From Macrostomum lignano (lineage: Eukaryota), in NCBI GenBank assembly GCA_002269645.1, contig NIVC01000581.1:62001-126000 (forward strand): a stretch of DNA of 64,000 bases, given 5' to 3'. The position numbers and the translations under genes were made by a program. Shown here in pieces: positions 37,401-51,549 of the stretch; positions within the stretch are counted from its first letter, which is position 1, and the number at the start of each line of letters is the position of its first letter. The notes below the pieces were generated by a model that was not told the origin of the DNA, searched no databases, and saw nothing but the letters and a program-made list of their open reading frames with translations.

Positions 37401-37567
37401 TAGTTACTGCACAAGGTTTGCTCACTTCCAGAGGTTCTACAGTCCGTTATGTTTTTTCTTCTCAAGCTTCTACATAATCGATTGTTACGTTCCTTGTCCC
37501 CGGTGTTTTCGCATTCGGTAGCAATTACTCATAGTAGTATATTAGCTAGTGGAAGACTTTTCTCTTC

Positions 37568-40500
37568 TTGCAATGCACCAGCAGGCACGCCAGCATCTTC
37601 ACCCCTCCCCAGACTGACACTGCAGTTGCCGCAGCGCCGGTGAATCCGGTCAGCCCAGAGCCGCCGTGCCCGACCATCCGGGTGAAATGCGTCTGCAACG
37701 GCCAGCTGCGCCGGCTGGGCTCTTTGCCCAGGCCGCTGCTGCTGCCGGAGCTGCTGGTCAAAGTCCACCAGGCTTTCGGCCGCGACTGCCTGTTCTACCG
37801 CATGCCGGACGCCATGTGCGGCATCGTGCCGGTGCTGGACCAGCACGACCTGGACATGGTCATGCGCATCTCCGACGACCACTTCGGCCGCAACAGCCTG
37901 CACCTGCTGCTGGACCCGCCTGCGGGTGGCGAGGCCCAGCCTGCACTGCGTGAGTGCCGTGCCCTGAATGCCATCGACCCGCCGCTCCCTACGACCCGCT
38001 GGTCCCTACGACCCGCTGCCCCTTCGACCCGCTGCCCCCTTCGACTATATATTTTATTAAAGCCGGGGTTTAATGGGGTCCTCCGCCATCGCCTGGGTGG
38101 ACTGCGCCAAGCGCTCCCGGGTCAGCCACCTCTCATCGCTGGACTTGACGTACTCTCTCAAATCTTCAAAGAAGTACTACATGCTCCGCTTGATCATCGG
38201 CCGGAAGTCGACGCCGCTCTTTCTGAACTTGTCGCAGACTGGCGAATCGCGGCGTGGAGTGCAGCGAGTTGTTGAAGTTGGTGGCGCGCGATCCAGTAGG
38301 CCGCCAGGGCCCTGACCACGCAGTAGGCCTGCTCGATGCTCGGTCGATGAGGCTGAACCCCTGCTTGGTGATGTCCTGATGACCACGAAGTTACTGCTGA
38401 GTAACTGCTGCAGGTCCAGCCCAGAGCGGCTGATATCGCATGTCTTCACAAGCAGTGCCCCAGCGTGAGTTCTGACTCAGACTGCAGGCCAAGTAGACGA
38501 ATGAGCTCAGAGACGATGCCCATGCCATGCTGCTCCGCAGCTGTGTTCGCAAAAATTTTCGAAACCACCTGACCACCCACCATTTGCTCGTTTTTATAGT
38601 ACTTTAGTTGATGCAAAAAGTTGTCGTGCACCGCAAAAGACTACTTTTCAAGAACTCGAGGCTTGTTCTATTGGGGCTATTAATAATACAGATATTGTTA
38701 TGTGAGGCACCATTAGAGGTGTAATCTCAACCCTTGCTCTCTGAAGTCTGAACTCCTCCTTCACCCCTCCCTCTTCTGCAGCAACGGCCACTCCAGTGAA
38801 TTTCACCCAGGAGGAGCTGCTGGGCCACGGCAGCTTCGGCGCGGTGTACCGATGCGTTGACAACGACACGGGCTGCGTGTTCTCTATGAAGGTGGTGCAG
38901 CTCGAGCCGAGTGACGAGCGCGGCGCCCCAAGGTGGCGGCCATGGAGGCCAAGTTCCAGCTGCTGCGCAACATCAAGCACGAGAGCGTAGTGCAGTACTT
39001 CGGCTGCCGGCGGGAACCCTGCCGCCTGTGCGTGTTCATGGAGTTCATGGACGGCGGCAGCGTCAGGGACTTCATCAGCGAGAGCGGCCCGCTGCGGGAG
39101 GTGCTGGCCAGGAAGTACACCCGGATGGTGCTGAATGGGCTCAGATTTCTGCACGGCAACAGCATCGTGCACTGCGACATCAAATGTAGGTGGCGCGGTG
39201 CTGGCAGATTTATTGCTTATCAGAGCTTGTATTAGACTTTGGCTTGGCCCGATCCTCTCACATGGGAGGAGTTTTTGCTTTTTGCTTGTTTAATAATAAT
39301 AATTGATTACACCTGCCTCAATAAAGCCAGATGTGCAACCGATAGCCCAACCGCAGCTATTGTGTGCGGCGTATCTGAAGGTTGCGTCCGGCTGTTCAGT
39401 CCATGGAGTGGGGGGTCGCCACACACCCTCAATTACCCCAGCTAATGCTGGCACCCATTTTACAGCTGAGTGAACTGAAGCAATGCAGAGTTAAGTGTCT
39501 TGCTCAAGGAAAAAATATTTCCAGTGGAATTGGGAATCGAACCCTCGACCTTCAAGTCGTGCGTCCGACGCTCTACCCACTAGGCTACAACTCCCTAGGA
39601 TATCGATTAGTTGCTTGTTTAGAAAACGCAGTAAATGATCCGCCCGCTTGGAAATCGGAAGCACCAGGTTTCAAGACTCGCTGTCCAACTCGCCTTCAGC
39701 ACCCAGGTGTTAAAATCAGCATCCTGATCTCGCTCACAGGTGTTAAAATCAGCATCCTGATCTCGCTCACAGGTGTTAAAATCAGCATCCTGATCTCGCT
39801 CACAGGTGTTAAAATCAGCATCCTGATCTCGCTCACAGGTGTTAAAATTAGCATCCTGATCTCGCTCACAGGTGTTAAAATCAGCATCCTGATCTCGCTC
39901 ACAGGTGTTAAAATCAGCATCCTGATCTCGCTCACAGGTGTTAAAATTAGCATCCTGATCTCGCTCACAGGTGTTAAAATCAGCATCCTGATCTCGCTCA
40001 CAGGTGTTAAAATCAGCATCCTGATCTCGCTCACAGGTGTTAAAATCAGCATCCTGATCTCGCTCACAGGTGTTAAAATCAGCATCCTGATCTCGCTCAC
40101 AGGTGTTAAAATCAGCATCCTGATCTCGCTCACAGGTGTTAAAATCAGCATCCTGATCTCGCTCACAGGTGTTAAAATCAGCATCCTGATCTCGCTTACA
40201 GGTGCAAACATTCTGCGGGACTCTGCGGGCAGCGTGAAGATTGCCGACTTCAGCGCTTCCAGGCAGCTGGGCAACATCAACCAGAGCCGGTTCCCCTGGT
40301 CCGACAAGTTTGCCAACGTCTTCTACACGCCCCCGGAGGTGTTCCGCGGCGCCGAGTTCGACAGCCGAGCCGACATTTGGTCGCTGGGCGCCACGGTTGT
40401 TGAGTTCCTCACGGGCGATCCGCCGTATCACTACCTGGACAACCCGGCCAGCGTCATGTACAGAATCGTCAGCGACCGGGTCATAAATTTCTCGCTGCCC

Positions 40501-40617
40501 GAGTCGGCCAGCCAAGAAGCTGCACGCTTCATCGCGGATTGCTTTGCCGCAGTTGAGGAAAGGCCCAGCGCTGAAGAGCTGCTTCTGTATCCGTTTTGCG
40601 AGCCTTTCTGCGACTGA
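37568..40617 (+). CDS. MAP3K3: MEKK2/3-like MAP3K paralog B (PB1 + degenerate kinase). Exons 37568-37949, 38782-39185, 40202-40617; apparent -1 frameshift at ~38915-38930
   Basis: PB1-like IRVKCVCNGQLRRL...PRP...LDQHDLD. Kinase motifs LGHGSFGAVY, SMK, HCDIK|CANIL, DFS, FYTPPE, DIWSLG. Phase-1 introns at the same positions as paralog A. Could be a pseudogene or pseudokinase. Confidence 0.8.
39291..39594 (-). mobile_element. tRNA-derived SINE copy 1 (antisense, in MAP3K-B intron)
   Basis: Minus strand shows A box TAGCCTAGTGG and B box GGTTCGATTCC, then CCTTGAGCAAGACACTTAAC...CAGCTGTAAAATGGG (CORE/Meta-like central domain) and an (ATT)n tail. Second copy at 55173-55484. Confidence 0.8.
39705..40201. 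repeat. Intronic minisatellite, 33 bp unit (aggtgttaaaatcagcatcctgatctcgctcac), 15 copies, ending at the splice acceptor
   Basis: Direct tandem repetition; (40202-39707)/33 = 15. Confidence 0.95.
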
Positions 40618-41149
40618 TTTGGGCACACTTTAGTGCCATTTCATTTTGTTAAATCCACTCAAAATAATCGCTTCGACTTATAAGCATGCGACAATTCCAT
40701 ACTTTTGCTGCTTACCTGCACTGATCAGTTCGTTAAAAAATACCCAATAATATGTTGTGAATTGAAGTATAATTTTTGTATCAATGGCAGGCGATAACTT
40801 TGCGTTATGAATACGCTCGTCTCAGTTGTAAGTTGTCATTTGCGCATATCTTACAACAACAACAAACAACAACAACAAAGTATGCAGCCCTGTATGCAAG
40901 GTTACAGTTAGAGCGGGGCGCGCCGCAAGGCTGAGAGCGGACCGCTCCATTGGCAGTGTCAGGTGTTGGGCTTTTAATTTCAATCTCCGTGCGCTTGCAG
41001 TCTCGGTCGGATATCGTAAGACATGTGTGACTCTGCTTTTGCGATCTCCAGTCCCGAACAACGCCATAAGGCTTCCGCGGGGGGGGGGGGAGAGACTGCA
41101 AGCACCCCGGACAACGCAAAGCCTTCTTAATTCTACTTTTTCTCAGACG

Positions 41150-41420
41150 CGCAACTTTACCACAGTACTATTTTCAAGTGAGCCAGCGCCATAAGGACGT
41201 GACCGTCCAGTAGGAAATTAGAAAAGACCACTGTTTCTCTGCATAAAAGTCGTCTTGATTAAGAATTTCTGCACAAGTGTTTGGAACTGAGACTGACACC
41301 TAAGTTTGTGCGGTTTGAAGCACCGAAGAGTGAAGTTTTTAAAGATTTGAGCATTATCAATGAACGCCTCATCAACCAACAAATCGCAATAAACAAGAAG
41401 AAAGAAAGAAAGGTTCTCTA
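41150..41420 (+). mobile_element. Penelope-like element ORF N-terminal fragment (degenerate)
   Basis: Translation RKLEKTTVSLHKSRLD*EFLHKCLELRLTPKFVRF resembles the PLE N-terminal signature (K.EK...L.FL..C.....PKF..F). One in-frame stop; no RT or GIY-YIG follows. Confidence 0.5.
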
Positions 41421-42110
41421 AAATCAATCCCAAAGTTCTAGGTTTAAATTATGACTAGTTTAATTTAATTCTATTGCACTCATTACCTGCAAAATAAAAG
41501 GCATAAAAATCATTTATAACAGATTTGTTATAACAGTTCAGTTACAGCCTTAATTTAAAATAATGTTTTCAACCTTGACTTGTAGATATAAACCAGCCAC
41601 CTAGCGGATAGGCCGCAATAAATCCCTCATAAAAATGGGCATTAAGAAAATAAATGCTACATCTGTGCATTTATTGAAATTTTATTTGTTAGGCGTTGTG
41701 ATGAGACGGGCTTATATTTCTTTCATTTTTACAGAAGAAATTAGTTTTAAAGTACTTTCATATAATAAAAATAATGATGTAATGAAATTAATTCTAGCCT
41801 CTCCCTAGTATTAACTATTGCCTATATATTTAATCTATGGGGCCTATTTTATTAAATGTAAAAAAAATGAAGTCAAATTCGAGCCTATTATTTAGTAAGC
41901 CAAGGGTATAAGTTTTAACATGATGATGATATAGAGAACAGAGTTTAGGCCTAATGCTAAATGTAGCTTGGTTTTATTGTATTTTTCTAATCCTATTTAC
42001 CCTTTTTGAAAATACTGTTTGGGGAAGTTCTTGCATGCAACAAGTTACCAGGTCCCAAGAGATTATATAACAAGAAACAAGCTCCTAGATAATTATAGGG
42101 ACTTAAGTAA

Positions 42111-45100
42111 GTAGGGGGTCCAGTGAGAAAATTTTTTTCAATATCCAAATTTTTAACCATGCCATGTTGTAGCCCTGGATATTATGAGTGAAATGACACT
42201 AGACTTTTAAAAATTGATCAAGTAATAAAAAAGTTATGAAGTTTTTTGTTAAAAAATGGTGTTTTTTTCCTGGCAGTGCTTATCCCCACGGTACTGTAGG
42301 AATAATTTTTGTCTTATTCCAACAGTACCGTGCGAATAATTTTCTGCTTATCCGCATGGCACACTGAGGAGATAGCTGCCCTATCTTCTACATATGTCGT
42401 GCGAATAATTTTCTACTTATCCGCACGGCACACTGACGAGATAGCTGCCCTATCTTCTAGTAGTATCCTCAGTTCAAATTCCCTTTCAATAAGCTATAAA
42501 CTATTCACGCACAGCATATATATGTAGCAGATAAAAACCGATAGGGCAGCTAGTAAAGCAGAGGGAATAAAACAGAGGACGTGTAGGGCAGCTATCTCGT
42601 CAGTGTGCCGTGCGGATAAGCAGAAAATTATTCGCATGGTACCGTTGGAATAAGACAGAAATTATTCCTACGGTACCGTGGGGATAAGCACTGCCTTTTT
42701 TCCTATCTCAAATATACTTAAAACTGTGCCATTTTTGGGCAAAAAAGCATGTTTTTTGCAGTAAAATGTCTGTAACTTTTTTTCATAACTGATTTTAGTG
42801 TTTTAGGTGTTATTTTGTAGATTTTTGTTACCATAACATTTTCTGATATTTTTGTACATATATACTATTATATATATGCAGATATCTGGGGATTAAGACA
42901 AAAAAAGGAAGAAAAATTTTTTCTAGAGTACTATTGTTTGGCTTTATCATGGTATACTATACTTTCTATTAACCTTAATTTGTATTACTTTTATGTCAAA
43001 GTAATACTTGTATACTTTAATTAGTAAGATTTTTGACTTCCTACTGTAAGCAGGATATAAATGGTTGACTATTATTTTTACAAAAATGGGTCTTCCAAAG
43101 TACCACTCTGGATGTCTAAAAATTGATGTAGCTCCTGTCAATCGTAATCTTCTATCTTTATGCTGGAGTCATTCAAAAGCTTTTTGTAGTCCATCTGACA
43201 ATTGTAATGAATTGATGCTTTACTAAAAAACTTTACTAAATTATTTACTTTCATGTTTGAAAAGGACATGCCCAAATTCAGCAATTGAATCTACCTTTAT
43301 AGTTTACCTGCATCATTTGATTCATTTCACTGTGTCCACTTTTCAGCATAATAGCTTTTTGTGGTAATCCAGTCAATTTGTCTGCTATCAATTCATCTGC
43401 AGTCAGCTTGTCAGCAAATATCTGAATGAGAATTTTGTCTGCTATGCTGGCTTTCTCATTGTACTATGAGTCTACTATAGTATTACAACTATAGCTACTA
43501 CAGTCAAGCCAGTCAGGCATAATCGAGACAATGTTACAGGGTGGGTTTCAGGGCCTTGACATGAATGTAGGTCGCACCATCGGCAGTGTCCATGGTGTCA
43601 GCTGTATCAGCCAGCAGGCAGTCAAGAAAACGCAAGTGTGTGCTTTTTGTCTAGTATTATGGTGCCTACAGCGTCAGCAGCATATGTATTAGCTGCGGGC
43701 GGTACAAATTGGCTTGGATGACATGGCCTGGCAGCTAGAGACTGGAGTCGCCAACTGTGCAACAGTTTGCTGGTACAGGAGACAGGACACCAGTTCAGCA
43801 ATAGATGTCACATTAGTGACTCGCTTGTAGCCAATCTAACAATCTTAAAGGCAATACACAGTGTGATTACATTGTGTATGTATATGTATGAGAGTACGAC
43901 AGTCAATTTGTCTGCTCCCGTTTTCATCCCCATCCACTTTATCTGCAAATAGCTGAATTGACTGAGACTTTAGTCAGACTAACTGAATTGACTTTAGTCA
44001 GCTCAGCTTTACTCAGCTGGTACATTTTAGTGCTTTAATATTTTTAATTAGCTTAGCAGAATGCCTTAGTCTGCCTGCAGACACTGAACTGTCTTTGTAA
44101 CCTATGAGAGGCAGTAACAAAAGTGAAGTAGGTGTGGAACCTATAGAGGTCAAAGATGCACAATGAAGCTGCTGGCCAGGCACTTGTCTTTCCTGCAGTG
44201 GTCCCAGCTGCAACTGTGCCAGAGTCGATTTCCAGCACGCCAGTTTACCAACCTTTGCTGCTACTGTTGCCTGGTCCCCTTTAGAGAAGAGGGGCACTGA
44301 TGCAGGCCTTCAAGAAGCTGTGCGCAATCTTTGGGCCCAGCTGAAATGATCAGAGGCGATTGTGTACAAAGCTTGTCAGGCACTCATAGCAGATACTGTA
44401 CAGTATAGTTGCAGCGTGTCTGGCATCTGAAAGATCTGCAAATAAAAGATAGATTAGTGAGAAATGCATAAAAGATAAAGTATATTGTAAGTCCTGCTAT
44501 CCATTTTTGAAAAAAATTGAATATATGATTTCTTTTCAAATGTACAACCTTTCAATGTGCATTTCCCTATCTCTGTAGTGTATTTGCATGCACATGTGTG
44601 CCAACTATGCTTAATAACTTTGGTGTGGCAAAAGTTTTTCAGGATGTGCCTTTAGGACAAATAGCTTGGCCTGTTTTGCCGAAGAAACCAACTGGCTATT
44701 CTTTTGAGCTTCAAAAATTTTCCAATTTTTATGTCCCTTATGGGGATTTGCATGCATTTTGATGATTTCTGTTAAGCATACTGCGGCAAGAGCTACACTC
44801 ATCCTGTCTTGCCTAAAAGTTTCATTTTGTCACTAGAAGTAAGTAGCAAAAAGAATTAGGGTGGCCACTCTTTCCATTCAAAAGTTATGGCCATTTTAAA
44901 TTTTATATGTACATGTACATGTACATATTTTTGACCAAAAAAAGTTTGCTTAAAATGACTTGCAGGAAGTCTACACCCAATGTACAAACATTCTTAGCAG
45001 TTATGCACTCTTTTACTAAAAAACGAATCCTCCCAACCCCATATTTTCAAGCAAATTCGGCATAGTTTTGAAAATGTATGAAAATGTACACAATGTTTGA

Positions 45101-45299
45101 CAGTCTGTATCTTTGTAACCGTATGTCCTAAACATGTAAACTATATGTAGTTTTAAAGATCTATTTGTCTATTTTTCAACAAATTTAAGAACATAGCCAT
45201 ATCTTACATATTAAAAAGTTATAGCCATTTAAAGAAAACCACTTTTTTGTGTTTTTTCATTTTTTCACATGCTAAAAATAGGCTCACTGGACACCCTAC
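42111..45299. mobile_element. ~3.2 kb non-autonomous TIR DNA transposon, apparent TTAA target (Kolobok/piggyBac-type target site)
   Basis: gtagggggtccagtgag (42111) and ctcactggacaccctac (ending 45299) form a 17-bp TIR with 1 mismatch. Right flank is TTAA, left flank gtaa preceded by ttaa. Repeated aaaagttat motifs near both ends; no intact transposase ORF. Confidence 0.55.
42272..42695. mobile_element. MULE/Mutator-type MITE (424 bp) nested in the larger TIR element
   Basis: TIRs over 100 bp starting ggcagtgcttatccccacgg. Perfect 9-bp TSD ttttttcct at 42263-42271 and 42696-42704. Confidence 0.85.
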
Positions 45300-46920
45300 T
45301 TAAGTTTAGTAAGATTTTGAACTATTTTTAGTAATTTTCTGTTTTATTTATTAAATCTCATTTGCCTAAATAGACACCTTAGGCCTACTTTTAAAAATGA
45401 TCAAGTAATGAAAAACTTATATTTTTTTCATCTCAACTCTTTAAGACAAAAGCTTGGTGCTATTAAAATAATAGAAAATTCTTGGTAGGCCCTATTCTTT
45501 CATTTTATAATCATATAGCAATAGCACCATCCATATAAGAGTTGGAAATTTTGATATATAATCCCCAAAAAATGACAAAATTATAACATAAGTTAAAATT
45601 ACTCTTAAAATCAAACTTCAAAATAGGACCAATTCTAAGCACAGTATTGTAATATTAACTCTTATGTTTTGTTAGCAATATAGTTTATATTCACTTTCAT
45701 CATACAATCATGTAAATGATGAATTTATTTATAGGTGATTGTAGGACAAAACTGTAAAAGCTTGGTTTGTAGGTTTTGAATTACAATCAAACCACCAATA
45801 GTAAAATTGTATTAGAGTTGGAGAGATTGTATTTTGAAATTCTAGGAAATTTTTAGTATATTAATCAATTGATAGACATCTTGCTATTTTGTCTTGGCTA
45901 TATCCTGGACATTCCGCAACATGCAAGAATTAGACATTTATTAATGCATTTGCTTCTGGCCCCCCTCTCACTTTTGTCTTATAATTCCCCTAATAAAATA
46001 AAAATGTTTTATTATTAAATAGGGATCATAGACAAAAGATGAAAGAAAATAAAAGGGGTGCAGAAGCCATAGTATAGATCATACTAGGTGTATGTCCAAA
46101 CAAAAATAGAGTAATTACAAATGCATGCCAAAAAAATTTAGTACATGCCCATATTGCCCATTCCCAAAAATATGTTGGTGTTCTTATTAACAGATAATTT
46201 TGTTGATTTTTATGCTTTTTTGGCAATACTATTTAAAACAAAATTTATACACTCAAAGATTTGTTTAAATGCTTTTTATAAGCTAAAAAACTTAAAAGCT
46301 TTGTTTAAAAATACTTCTTTTTTATTTTTTTTCTATTTCACAATAACTCTTATGTGTGATTCTATTAAATGCATACTAGGTGTAAACGCATACTATTTTC
46401 TCAGGAGTGATGCATACCAACTGTGCATGCCTAATTTTGGCATGCAAGGCCAATGCACATCCAATTTTTTGGGCATATACTACTATATGATCTTGAGTGT
46501 GGTACAGAAGCAATTACCATAACAAATAATTTTGTTCTCAACCATGCATTGATCTTGATGGAGATATATCATTTGATGTGGACTGCATAGACTTTGTCTG
46601 TAGAATGAAGACAATCAAACTGCGAATTTGGGACTATACTAATCCATTCAATTTTGTGATATGATCCCTCTAATACAATTTTACTATTGGTATGATTGCA
46701 ATTTGAAACATACAAGCTCTTTTGGTTTTGTCTTATGATCACCTGCATATGCTTTCACCATTTAAATGATTGTGTGACAAAAGTGAATATAAGCAAATCT
46801 ATCTCATTTTTGACCTTTTTGAAATGTAGGATTTAGAAAAATTAAAGCTATATGCAGAAGAGAGTATAAAATATAATCTTTTAATTTATTGAAACTGTTT
46901 TATTACATCCTGATTCCTGA

Positions 46921-48870
<1,950 letters not shown>

Positions 48871-49204
48871 CCTGCCAGCACCTGCGCTGCCGACCTGCCA
48901 GCACCTGCGCTGCCGACCTGCCCATTCAGCTACGCCGGTCTTTTCGGCGCCTTTGCTATTCGCAAGTTTTCTCTGGTCTTTTTCAGCTTATTGTTAGTCT
49001 GTCCCGTTTTTAGTCTGTTTGTTTTTATTGCGTCTCGTTTTATTTTGAGAGCTGCTCGTTTCGCAGCATTTCAGAGCTACTTTCAAGTACATTTCCACCC
49101 ATATTTACTAGGGGAATTCATCTAATAGTTTTTGCTGCGCACAAAGTTTCAATATCAAAAGCTTCATTTTGAGCCTTTCTTGGGGGTACGTGTAGGAATG
49201 TCTG

Positions 49205-49985
49205 CAAATAATATTATCGGGATTTCCCAAAATAGTATAATTGGGATTCCCCAAAATGGTATAATTGGGATTCCCCAAAATGGTATAATTAAGATTCCCC
49301 AAAATGGTATAATTGGGATTCCCCAAAATGGTATAATTGGGATTCCCCAAAATAGTATTGGGATTCCCCAAAATGGTATAATTGGAATTCCCCAAAATGG
49401 TATTGGGATTCCCCAAAATGGTATAATTGGGATTCCCCAAAATAGTATTAGGGTTCCCCAAAATGGTATTGGGATTCCCCAAAATAGTATTGGGATTCCC
49501 CAAAATGGTATTGGGATTCCCCAAAATAATATAATTGGGATTTCCCAAAATAGTATTGGGATTCCCCAAAATGGTATAATTGGAATTCCCCAAAATGGTA
49601 TTGGGATTCCCCAAAATGGTATAATTGGATTCCCCAAAATAGTATTGGGGTTCCCCAAAATGGTATTGGGATTCCCCAAAATGGTATTGGGATTCCCCAA
49701 AATAGTATTGGGATTCCCCAAAATGGTATTGGGATTCCCCAAAATAGTATAATTGGGATTCCCCAAAATAGTATAATTGGAATTTCCCAAAATGGTATAA
49801 TTGGAATTCCCCAAAATGGTATTGGGATTCCCCAAAATAGTATTAGGATTCCCCAAACTGGTATTGGGACTCCCCAAAATAGTATAATTGGGATTCCCCA
49901 AAATGGTATAATTGGAATTCCCCAAAATAGTATAATTTGGATTTCCCGAAATTATATAATTGGGATTCCTCAAGAAATACGATTG
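49205..49985. repeat. Minisatellite, 21/24 bp unit (ttgggattccccaaaatggtataa)
   Basis: Direct tandem repetition; explains ORFs 49108, 49132 and 49164. Confidence 0.95.
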
Positions 49986-50579
49986 GAAATTCCCAATGGC
50001 CTCGACTGCACTTCTCAAACTGCAATACTATTGTGAATCCGACATTGGACAGGTCTGCGCTGTTTGTCGATGTTGCACAACCTGATTGATTATTATACCT
50101 CTTTCTGAGCTCTCTGTTAGCGATTCAAAGTTTATCAAGCGCTTTTCTGTCTATTCGGTCGTTGTCTGTCTGTCCGTCTGTGATCCGCAGTTCGAATCCA
50201 TGCCATATTATTTTATGCTTTCTGCCCCACTGTAAGCGTTCATTTGGCTTTTCTAATCCGCATTCCATTGTTATGAGCAGTGAGAATTTCACTCCCTCAG
50301 CACCGCTTCATCACACAGCTCTGTTTATTGAGTCCCTCCGCTGTTTTTACTACTGTTTACTGAAACTTGTTCACAATCGTTTTCTATGTGATAAACAGAT
50401 AAACACAATGTGATAAATATAAACAGCTGCGGCACTGGCACTCAGTGAATGCGCTGTTAAACCTCAGTGAGTCATTTATCTGCTTTATCTGCGAAGCCCT
50501 AGGCCTAGGGAGAATAGCCGCTCTTAGAATTTTATGCACCCCTAAATAAGCAGACCCTAAACACCTTTGCCATTTCCCA

Positions 50580-51522
50580 CTGCACAAGCCGGGATTAGGG
50601 CCCAGTTACTGCTAGCATTGGTGCTGTATAAACCTCAGCAGTGCCAGTGCACAAGCTGGGATTAGGGCCCAGTTACTGCTAGCACTGGTGCTCCATAAAC
50701 CTCAGCAGTGCCAGTGCACAAGCCGGGATTAGGGCCCAGTTACTGCTAGCACTGGTGCTCCATAAACCTCAGCAGTGCCAGTGCACAAGCCGGGATTAGG
50801 GCCCAGTTACTGCTAGCACTGGTGCTCCATAAACCTCAGCAGTGCCAGAGCACAAGCCGGGATTAGGGCCCAGTTACTGCTAGCATTGGTGCTGTATAAA
50901 CCTCAGCAGTGCCAGTGCACAAGCTGGGATTAGGGCCCAGTTACTGCTAGCACTGGTGCTCCATAAACCTCAGCAGTGCCAGTGCACAAGCCGGGATTAG
51001 GGCCCAGTTACTGCTAGCACTGGTGCTCCATAAACCTCAGCAGTGCCAGTGCACAAGCCGGGATTAGGGCCCAGTTACTGCTAGCACTGGTGCTCCATAA
51101 ACCTCAGCAGTGCCAGTGCACAAGCCGGAATTAGGGCCCAGTTACTGCTAGCACTGGTGCTGTATAAACCTCAGCAGTGCCAGTGCACAAGCCGGGATTA
51201 GGGCCCAGTTACTGCTAGCACTGGTGCTCCATAAACCTCAGCAGTGCCAGTGCACAAGCCGAGATTAGGGCCCAGTTACTGCTAGCACTGGTGCTGTATA
51301 AACCTCAGCAGTGCCAGTGCACAAGCCGGGATTAGGGCCCAGTTACTGCTAGCACTGGTGCTCCATAAACCTCAGCAGTGCCAGTGCACAAGCCGAGATT
51401 AGGGCCCAGTTACTGCTAGCACTGGTGCTGTATAAACCTCAGCAGTGCCAGTGCACAAGCCGGGATTAGGGCCCAGTTACTGCTAGCACTGGTGCTCCAT
51501 AAACCTCAGCAGTGCCAGTGCA
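50580..51522. repeat. Minisatellite, 67 bp unit, ~14 copies, ending ~30 nt before the COA3-like ATG
   Basis: Unit gcacaagccgggattagggcccagttactgctagcactggtgctccataaacctcagcagtgccagt. Confidence 0.95.
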
Positions 51523-51549
51523 AATTCCAACCCGCAGCAGCCCTCAGCA

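Noticed and set aside
38080-38560. GC-rich patch in MAP3K-B intron 1 with faint RT-like words (DFRPM) on the minus strand
   Set aside because: Similarity too weak and broken to call; could also hide an extra exon, but none is needed to keep the frame
39520-39594. tRNA gene (also ~55415-55484)
   Set aside because: A and B boxes are present but there is no acceptor-stem pairing, and the sequence runs into a shared SINE body
50580-51522. Telomeric TTAGGG
   Set aside because: Only one hexamer per 67-bp unit, not tandem; probably coincidental
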